A stretch of DNA of 14,474 nt, taken from NCBI RefSeq assembly GCF_006345805.1, contig NW_021825807.1, forward strand, positions 1 through 14,474, given 5' to 3'. Position numbers and translations under genes: made by a program. The first letter of the stretch is position 1, and each line of letters begins with the position of its first letter. The stretch comes from Octopus sinensis (Eukaryota). A model generated the notes under the pieces. The model was given only the letters and a program-made list of their open reading frames with translations. It was not told where the DNA came from and did not search any database. Positions 1-8,000 of the stretch are shown piece after piece.

Positions 1-127
1 CCCAACCACATGGTCTCGGGTTCAGTCCCACTGCGTAGCAGATGGGACAATGCTTTCTACTAAAGACCCGAGCCGAATAATAAAGCCTTGTGAATGATTT
101 GGTTGGCTGAAACTGAAAAGAAACGCA

Positions 128-130
<3 letters not shown>
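1..130 (+). mobile_element. tRNA-derived SINE, 5' part (cut by window edge, ends in a CA/TA microsatellite)
   Basis: B-box-like GGTTCAGTCCC at 19-29, followed by a decayed CORE-like stretch and AAAGCCTTGTGAATGATTTGGT..GAAACTGAAAAGAA. Matches my recollection of an abundant Octopus SINE; family not assigned. Confidence 0.7.
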
Positions 131-163
<33 letters not shown>

Positions 164-166
164 CAC

Positions 167-206
<40 letters not shown>

Positions 207-242
207 AATATACTTACAATTATATTATATATATATATATAT
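130..242. repeat. (CA)n followed by (TA)n microsatellite
   Basis: Directly visible dinucleotide runs. Confidence 0.97.
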
Positions 243-321
243 AGCATAATCAGGTGGTGCTATTAAGTTAGACATGGCCTGGACCAATCTCTGGTCGAAA
301 CATATCTAAGTTTATCTAAGT

Positions 322-367
322 TTATATATACATATATATACATACATATATATATATATATATATAT
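322..367. repeat. (TA)n/(TACA)n microsatellite truncating the endonuclease fragment
   Basis: Directly visible; the minus-strand ORF turns into YIYIY after ...RFPEY. Confidence 0.95.
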
Positions 368-715
368 TCCGGGAAGCGGATTTGCTCTTTATGTAGAGTG
401 ATTCTCTTTCTCAAGGTCATACTCGTTTGTCCAATATAGTTGTATCCGCAACCCGAGCAGTTTATTACATAAATTAAGTTCTCAGAGGCACAAGTGAAAC
501 TAGTTTTAATTGTGAACCTCCGTCCGTGTAGGTTGGGGCAGGTTCCACAGTTTGGGCGTCCACATTTTTCAACCGTTGGTTTCGTGGTTGTTTTGTAAAA
601 GCCTCGCATTTGTTAGTAGTCTCTTTAGCGATTTGTCTTGCTTTTTGCATTTGATGAGTTTATGTATTTTCAGGATTTCGTTCATTTTTGGATCTCTAGT
701 TAGTAATTTCTCACC
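366..715 (-). mobile_element. Penelope-like retroelement (PLE) fragment: end of RT thumb/linker plus N-terminal GIY-YIG endonuclease, frameshifted, probably Neptune-type
   Basis: ORF 322..609(-) reads KCGRPNCGTC...FTCASENLIYVINCSGCGYNYIGQTSMTLRKRITLH: IY-x3-CxxC-x3-YIG, then R..H. This is the PLE GIY-YIG with two Cys between the motifs, preceded by a Cys-rich linker typical of Neptune-clade PLEs. ORF 569..787(-) supplies the upstream LIKCKKQDKSLKRLLTNAR, resembling the PLE 'YRRxxNLxxxL' linker motif. The frame changes at about 575-605. Confidence 0.9.
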
Positions 716-737
716 ATATATATATATATATATATAA
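716..737. repeat. (TA)n microsatellite
   Basis: Directly visible, abutting the 5' break of the PLE fragment. Confidence 0.95.
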
Positions 738-1100
738 TACGCCAGCCAAGATAAGTTAAAAATTGTCTGAAGTCGTAAGACACCCACTGTTTTGTCCTGT
801 TATTACTATTCTTGTTTTTTATTTCTATTTTTTGTTTCTTGTATTTATATTCGTGTGGCATCCTGTCCTTATTTCGTATACATTCGATCCTCTTTCCAAG
901 AAATCTAATGCCCGTAGCTTAGTTTTTCTTTGGGGCTGGCCGTATCGGAGCGATATCGAGGATTAATCAGCCGAAATTGCTAAGATGATCCGGTTCCCGA
1001 CTGAAGATTAGAGGATTCGAATGACCCGTCTGTTTTTTTGTGCCGTCCCTTTGTGTGCTTTTGCGTTCTTGTCCCATTTTGTAATTTATATTTAATTTCT
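738..1100. repeat. Unclassified dispersed repeat, possibly a PLE terminal (pseudo-LTR-like) region
   Basis: Non-coding, T-rich island between microsatellites. CCTGTCCTTATTTCGTATACATTCGAT...GAAATTGCTAAGATG resembles a repeat I recall from Octopus sequence; there is no in-window second copy, so support is weak. Confidence 0.35.
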
Positions 1101-1156
1101 ACACACACACACACACACCACCAACAACACACAACACACACACACACACACACACA

Positions 1157-1215
<59 letters not shown>
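1101..1215. repeat. (CA)n then (TA)n microsatellite
   Basis: Directly visible. Confidence 0.97.
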
Positions 1216-1217
<2 letters not shown>

Positions 1218-1323
1218 GGAGTAACCACGTAAATGTGAAACAAGGTGGAAAAAAGAGTACTCAAATACCAGTGGTTAGGAGAGTAATATGCTTTATTTTA
1301 AGCAGCAGAAAATTCAACAAAAT

Positions 1324-1361
1324 CTGTTACTCTGAGTTTCTCGTTGCCGTTCATCAGACAG
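1324..1361 (-). ncRNA. Minimal type I hammerhead ribozyme motif, mirror copy on the minus strand
   Basis: Exact reverse complement of 1378-1415. Confidence 0.82.
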
Positions 1362-1377
1362 TTTTTGTTAGCAAAAA

Positions 1378-1415
1378 CTGTCTGATGAACGGCAACGAGA
1401 AACTCAGAGTAACAG
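1378..1415 (+). ncRNA. Minimal type I hammerhead ribozyme motif (PLE-type)
   Basis: Stem I CTGT(1378-81)/ACAG(1412-15); core CTGATGA(1382-88); stem II A-CG-GCAA-CG-A with a GNRA loop; GAAA(1399-1402); near-palindromic stem III CTCAGAG; cleavage triplet GTA(1409-11). One deviation: A.A mismatch at positions 10.1/11.1. Confidence 0.82.
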
Positions 1416-1448
1416 ATTTTGTTGAATTTTCTGCTGCTTAAAATAAAG

Positions 1449-1479
<31 letters not shown>

Positions 1480-1606
1480 TGTAAGTATATGTCTTATATA
1501 TATACATACATATATATATATATATATATATTATATATCTATATATCATAATTATATATATATAATATCTATATATATATATATATATAGTATATATAAT
1601 ATATAT
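1449..1606. repeat. Degenerate (TA)n microsatellite
   Basis: Directly visible. Confidence 0.93.
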
Positions 1607-1710
1607 GGGAGAAATAATAACTTGAGATCCCAAAATGATCGACATCCTGAAAATACAAACTCATCAAATGCAAAAAGCGAGACAAATCGCTAAAGAGACT
1701 ACTAACTGCA
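1607..1710 (+). mobile_element. Second, shorter fragment of the same PLE (linker region), inverted relative to 366-715
   Basis: Aligns to the reverse complement of ~616-715 at roughly 90% by eye (GG-GAGAAAT...CTCATCAAATGCAAAAAGC.AGACAAATCGCTAAAGAGACTACTAAC), with small indels that break the frame. Confidence 0.88.
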
Positions 1711-1713
1711 AAA

Positions 1714-1740
1714 CTCATCGTCGTAACCGACGGAGTGCCA
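1714..1740 (+). mobile_element. Isolated 3'-tail fragment of the SINE family that hosts the satellite
   Basis: CTCATCGTCGTAACCGACGGAGTGCCA is homologous to 11080-11105 (CTCGGCATCGCAACCAACGGAGTACT) and to the monomer start (CTCATTGTGGTAACCAATAGGGAGCC). Confidence 0.7.
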
Positions 1741-1753
1741 GTCATCTTGCGAA

Positions 1754-2052
1754 GGATCATGGCTTAGTGGTTAGAGGTAATTCAGCTCATAATCGTAAGG
1801 TCGTGTGTTCGATTCCCGGCGACGCGTTCTGTCCTTGAGCAAGACACTTTATTTCACATTGCTCCTACCCACTCACCTGGCAGAAACGAGTAGTACCTGT
1901 AATTCACAAGGGGCCAGCCTGGTCACATTCAGTGTCACGCTGAATCTCCCCGAGAACTACGTTGAGAGTTCTCGTGTCTGCGGAGTACTCAGCCACTTGC
2001 ATATTAATTTCACGAGCAGGCTGTTCCGTGGATCGGATCAACTGGAACCCTC
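1754..2052 (+). mobile_element. tRNA-derived (CORE-like) SINE, head and body; interrupted by the satellite array
   Basis: A box TGGCTTAGTGG (1760-1770), B box TGTTCGATTCC (1806-1816), then TGTCCTTGAGCAAGACACTTTATTTCACATTGCTC (CORE-like). Its last 68 nt (1985-2052) are nearly identical to monomer positions 68-135. Confidence 0.88.
1760..1816 (+). promoter_or_regulatory. Internal RNA Pol III type-2 promoter (A and B boxes) of the SINE
   Basis: TGGCTTAGTGG fits TRGCNNAGYGG; GTTCGATTCC fits GTTCRANNCC; tRNA-like spacing. Confidence 0.75.
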
Positions 2053-5000
2053 ATTGTGGTAACCAATAGGGAGCCTGGCTAGACCCTTAGAACCACGTTA
2101 AGGTATGAGTGTCTATGGTGTACTCAGTCACTTGCATGTTAATTTCACGAGCAGGCTGTTCCGTGGATCGGATCAACTGGCCCCTCATTGTGGTAACCAA
2201 TAGGGAGCCGGGCTAGACCCTTAGAACCCGTTAAGGTATGAGTGTCTATGGTGTGTACTCAGCCACTTGCACGTTAATTTCACGAGCAGGCTGTTCCGTG
2301 GATCGGATCAACTGGAACCCTCATTGTGGTAACCAATAGGGAGCCGGGCTAGGACCCTTAGAACCACGTTAAGGTATGAGTGTCTATGGTGTACTCAGTC
2401 ACTTGCATGTTATTTCACGAGCAGGCTGTTCCGTGGATCGGATCAACTGGAACCCTCATTGTGGTAACCAATAGGGAGCCTGGCTAGACCCTTAGAACAC
2501 GTTAAGGTATGAGTGTCTATGGTGTACTCAGTCACTTGCATGTTAATTTCACGAGCAGGCTGTTCGTGGATCGGATCAACTGGAACCCTCATTGTGGTAA
2601 CCAATAGGGAGCCGGGCTACCCCTTAGAACCACGTTAAGGTATGAGTGTCTATGGTGTACTCAGTCACTTGCATGTTAATTTCACGAGCAGGCTGTTCCG
2701 TGGATCGGATCAACTGGAACCCTCATTGTGGTAACCAATAGGGAGCCTGGCTAGACCCTTAGAACCACGTTAAGGTATGAGTGTCTATGGTGTACTCAGT
2801 CACTTGCATGTTAATTTCACGAGCAGGCTGTTCCGTGGATCGGATCAACTGGAACCCTCATTGTGGTAACCAATAGGGAGCCGGGCTAGACCCTTAGAAC
2901 CACGTTAAGGTATGAGTGTCTATGGTGTACTCAGCCACTTGCACGTTAATTTCACGAGCAGGCTGTTCCGTGGATCGGATCAACTGGAACCTCATTGTGG
3001 TAACCAATATGGAGCCTGGCTAGACCTTAGAACCACGTTAGGTATGAGTGTCTATGGTGTACTCAGCCACTTGCACGTTAATTTCACGAGCAGGCTGTTC
3101 CGTGGATCGGATCAACTGGAACCCTCATTGTGGTAACCAATATGGAGCCTGGCTAGACCCTTAGAACCACGTTAAGGTATGAGTGTCTATGGTGTACTCA
3201 GCCACTTGCACGTTAATTTCACGAGCAGGCTGTTCCGTTGATCGGATCAACTGGAACCCTCATTGTGGTAACCAATAGGGAGCCGGGCTAGACCCTTAGA
3301 ACCACGTTAAGGTATGAGTGTCTATGGTGTACTCAGCCACTTGCACGTTAATTTCACGAGCAGGCTGTTCCGTGGATCGGATCAACTGGAACCCTCATTG
3401 TGGTAACCAATAGGGAGCCGGGCAAGACCCTTAGAACCACGTTAAGGTATGAGTGTCTATGGTGTACTCAGCCACTTGCATGTTAATTTCACGAGCAGGC
3501 TGTTCCGTGGATCGGATCAACTGGAACCCTCATTGTGGTAACCAATAGGGAGCCGGGCTAGACCCTTAGAACCACGTTAAGGTATGAGTGTCTATGGTGT
3601 ACTCAGCCACTTGCATGTTAATTTCACGAGCAGGCTGTTCCGTGGATCGGATCAACTGGAACCCTCATTGTGGTAACCAATAGGGAGCCGGGCTAGACCC
3701 TTAGAACCACGTTTAGGTATGAGTGTCTATGGTGTTCTCAGCACTTGCATGTTAATTTCACGAGCAGGCTGTTCCGTGGATCGGATCAACTGGAACCTCA
3801 TTGTGGTAACAATAGGGAGCCGGGCAAGACCCTTAGAACCACGTTAAGGTATGAGTGTCTATGGTGTACTCAGTCACTTGCATGTTAATTTCACGAGCAG
3901 GCTGTTCCGTGGATCGGATCAACTGGAACCCTCATTGTGGAACCAATAGGGAGCCGGGCTAGACCCTTAGAACACGTTAAGGTATGAGTGTCTATGGGTG
4001 TACTCAGTCACTTGCATGTTAATTTCACGAGCAGGCTGTTCCGTGGATCGGATCAACTGGAATCCTCATTGTGGTAACAATAGGGAGCCGGGCTAGACCC
4101 TTAGAACCACGTTAATTATGAGTGTCTATGGTGTACTCAGTCACTTGCATGTTAATTTCACGAGCAGGCTGTTCCGTGGATCGGATCAAATGGAACCCTC
4201 ATTGTGGTGCCAATAGGGAGCCGGGCAAGACCCTTAGAACCACGTTAAGGTATGGAGTGTCTATGGTGTACTCAGTCACTTGCATGTTAATTTCACGAGC
4301 AGGCTGTTCCGTGGATCGGATCAACTGGAACCTCATTGTGGTAACCAATAGGGAGCCGGGCTAGACCCTTAGAACCACGTTAAGGTATGAGTGTCTATGG
4401 TGTACTCAGTCACTGCATGTTAATTCACGAGCAGGCTGTTCCGTGGATCGGATCAACTGGAACCCTCATTGTGGTAACCAATAGGGAGCCGGGCAAGACC
4501 CTTAGAACCACGTTAAGGTATGAGTGTCTATGGTGTACTCAGTCACTTGCATGTTAATTTCACGAGCAGGCTCTGTTCCGTGGATCGGATCAACTGGAAC
4601 CCTCATTGTGGTAACCAATAGGGAGCCGGGAAGACCCTTAGAACCACTTTAAGGTATGAGTGTCTGGTGGTGTACTCAGTCACTTGCATGTTAATTTCAC
4701 GAGCAGGCTGTTCCGTGGATCGGATCAACTGGAACCCTCATTGTGGTAACCAATAGGGAGCCGGGCTAGACCTTAGAACCACGTTAAGGTATGAGTGTCT
4801 ATGGGTACTCAGTCACTTGCATGTTAATTTCACGAGCAGGCTGTTCCGTGGATCGGATCAACTGGAACCTCATTGTGGTAACCAATAGGGAGCCGGGCTA
4901 GACCCTTAGAACCACGTTAAGGTATGAGTGTCTATGGTTGTACTCAGTCACTTACATGTTATTTCACGAGCAGGCTGTTCCGTGGATCGGATCAACTGGA

Positions 5001-8000
5001 ACCCTCATTGTGGTAACCAATAGGGAGCCGGCTAGACCCTCAGAACCACGTTAAGGTATGAGGTCTATGGTGTACTCAGTCACTGCATGTTAATTTCACG
5101 AGCAGGCTGTTCCGTGGATCGGATCAACTGGAACCCTCATTGTGGTAACCAATAGGGAGCCGGGCTAGACCCTTAGAACCACGTTAAGGTATGAGTGTCT
5201 ATGGTGTACTCAGTCACTTGCATGTTAATTTCACGAGCAGGCTGTTCCGTGGATCGGATCAACTGGAACCCTCATTGTGGTAACCAATAGGGAGCCGGGC
5301 TAGACCCTTAGAACCACGTTAAGGTATGAGTGTCTATGGTGTACTCAGTCACTGCATGTTAATTCACGAGCAGGCTGTTCCGTGGATCGGATCAACTGGA
5401 ACCCTCATTGTGGTAACCAATAGGGAGCCGGGCTAGACCCTTAGAACCACGTTAAGGTATGAGTGTCTATGGTGTACTCAGTCACTTGCATGTTAATTTC
5501 ACGAGCAGGCTGTTCCGTGGATCGGATCAACTGGAACCCTCATTGTGGTAACCAATAGGGAGCCGGGCTAGACCCTTAGAACCACGTTAAGGTATGAGTG
5601 TCTATGGTGTACTCAGTCACTTGCATGTTAATTTCACGAGCAGGCTGTTCCGTGGATCGGATCGGATCACTGGAACCCTCATTGTGGTAACCAATAGGAG
5701 CCGGGCAAGACCTTAGAACCACGTTAAGGTATGAGTGTCTATGGTGTAACTCAGTCACTTGCATGTTAATTTCACGAGCAGGCTGTTCCGTGGATCGGAT
5801 CAACTTGGAACCCTCATTGTGGTAACCAATAGGGGCCGGGCAAGACCCTTAGAACCACGTTAAGGTATGAGTGTCTATGGTGTACTCAGTCACTTGCATG
5901 TTAATTTCACGAGCAGGCTGTTCCGTGGATCGGATCAACTGGAACCCTCATTGTGGTAACCAATAGGGAGCGGGCTTAGGACCCTTAGAACCACGTTAAG
6001 GTATGAGTGTCTATGGTGTACTCAGTCACTTGCATGTAATTTCACGAGCAGGCTGTTCCGTGGATCGGATCAACTGGAACCCTCATTTTGTGGTAACCAA
6101 TAGGGAGCCTGGCTAGACCTTAGAACCACGTTAAGGTATGAGTGTCTATGGTGTACTCAGTCACTTGCATGTTAATTTCACGAGCAGGCTGTTCCGTGGC
6201 TCGGATCAACTGGAACCCTCATTGTGGTGTAACCAATAGGGAGCGGGCTAGACCCTTAGAACCAGTTAAGGTATGAGTGTCTATGGTGTATCAGCCACTT
6301 GCCACGTTAATTTCACGAGCAGGCTGTTCCGTGGATCGGATCAACTGGAACCCTCATTGTGGTAACCAATATGGAGCCTGGCTAGACCCTTAGAACCACG
6401 TTAAGGTATGAGTGTCTATGGTGTACTCAGCCACTTGCACGTTAATTTCACGAGCAGGCTGTTCCGTGGATCGGATCAACTGGAACCCCATTGTGGTAAC
6501 CAATTGGAGCCTGGATAGACCCTTAGAAACCACGTTAAGGTATGAGGGTCTATGGTTTGGTTACTCAGCCACTTGCACGTTAATTTCACGAGCAGGCTGT
6601 TCGCGTGATCGGATCAACTGGAACCCTCATTGTGGTAACCAATAGGGAGCCGGGCTTTACCCTTAGAACCCGTTAAGGTATGAGTGTCTAGGTGTACTCA
6701 GCCACTGCACGTTAATTTCACGAGAGGCTGTTCCGTGGATCGGACCACTGGAACCCTCATTGTGGTAACCAATAGGGAGCCGGGCAAGACCCTTAGAAAC
6801 CACGTTAAGGTATGAGTGTCTATGGTGTGTACTCAGCCACTTGCATGTTAATTTCACGAGCAGGCTGTTCCGTGGATCGGATCAACTGGAACCCTCATTG
6901 TGGGTAACCAATAGGGAGCCGGGCTAGACCCTTAGAACCACGTTAAGGTATGAGTGTCTATGTGGTGTGTACTCAGCCACTGCATGTTAATTCACGAGCC
7001 AGGTGTTCCGTGGATCGGATCAACTGGAACCCTCATTGTGGTAACCAATAGGGAGCCGGGCTTACTAGACCCTTAGAAACCACGTTAAGGTATGAGTGTC
7101 TATGGTTTGTACTCAGCCACTTGCATGTTAATTCACGAGATTTCACGAGCGGCTGTTCGTGGATCGGATCAACTGGAACCCTCATTGTGGTAACCAATAG
7201 GGAGGCGGCAAGACCTTAGAACCACGTTAAGGTATGAGTGTCTATGGTGTCTGTCACTTGCATGTTAATTTCACGAGCAGGATGTTCCGTGGCTCGGATC
7301 AACTGGAACCCTCATTGTGGTAACCAATAGGAGCCGGCTAGACCCTTAGAACCACGTTAAGGTATGAGGGTCTATGGGGGTACTCAGTCACTTGCATGTT
7401 AATTTCACGAGCAGGCTGTTCCGTGGATCGGATCAACTGGAATCCTCATTGTGGTAACCAATAGGGAGCGGGCTAGACCCTTAGAACACCACGTTAATTT
7501 ATGAGTGTCTATGGTGTACTCAGTCACTTGCATGTTAATTTCACGAGCAGGCTGTTCCGTGGATCGGATCAACTGGAACCCTCATTGTTGGTAACCAATA
7601 GGGAGCCGGGCAAGGCAAGACCCTTAGAACCACGTTAAGGTATGAGTGTCTATGGTGTACTCAGTCACTTGCATGTTAATTTCACGAGCAGGCTGTTCCG
7701 TGGATCGGATCAACTGGAACCCTCATTGTGGTAACCAATAGGGAGCCGGGCTAGACCCTTAGAACACGTTAAGGTATGAGTGTCTATGGTGTACTCAGTC
7801 ACTTGCATGTTAATTTCACGAGCAGGCTGTCCGTGGATCGGATCAACTGGAAACCCTCATTGTGGTAAACCAATAGGAGCGCGGGCCACAGACCCTTAGA
7901 ACCACGTTAAGGTATGAGTGTCTATGGTGTACTCAGTCACTTGCATGTTAATTTCACGAGCAGGCTGTTCCGTGGATCGGATCAACTGGAACCCTCATTG

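Larger units (their letters stand above)
1291..1448. repeat. Perfect inverted repeat: 77-bp arms (1291-1367, 1372-1448), 4-nt spacer TTAG
   Basis: Arms are exact reverse complements read base by base; the ORF track gives the same peptide (ILSSRKFNKICYSEFL...DFVEFSAA) on both strands. Confidence 0.97.

Noticed and set aside
265-310. Possible hammerhead (GACCA/TGGTC stem followed by CGAAACATATC)
   Set aside because: No CUGANGA upstream and stem III does not pair; at most a decayed relic.
366-715. Host or bacterial GIY-YIG gene (UvrC, homing endonuclease)
   Set aside because: The CxxC between the motifs, Cys-rich linker, frameshift, truncation and second decayed copy all indicate a dead PLE fragment.
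995-1035. Possible hammerhead CTGAAGA...CGAAT...GTC
   Set aside because: GAAT instead of GAAA, and stems I and II do not form.
1754-1820. tRNA gene
   Set aside because: Has A/B boxes but no acceptor stem closure, and continues into a SINE body.
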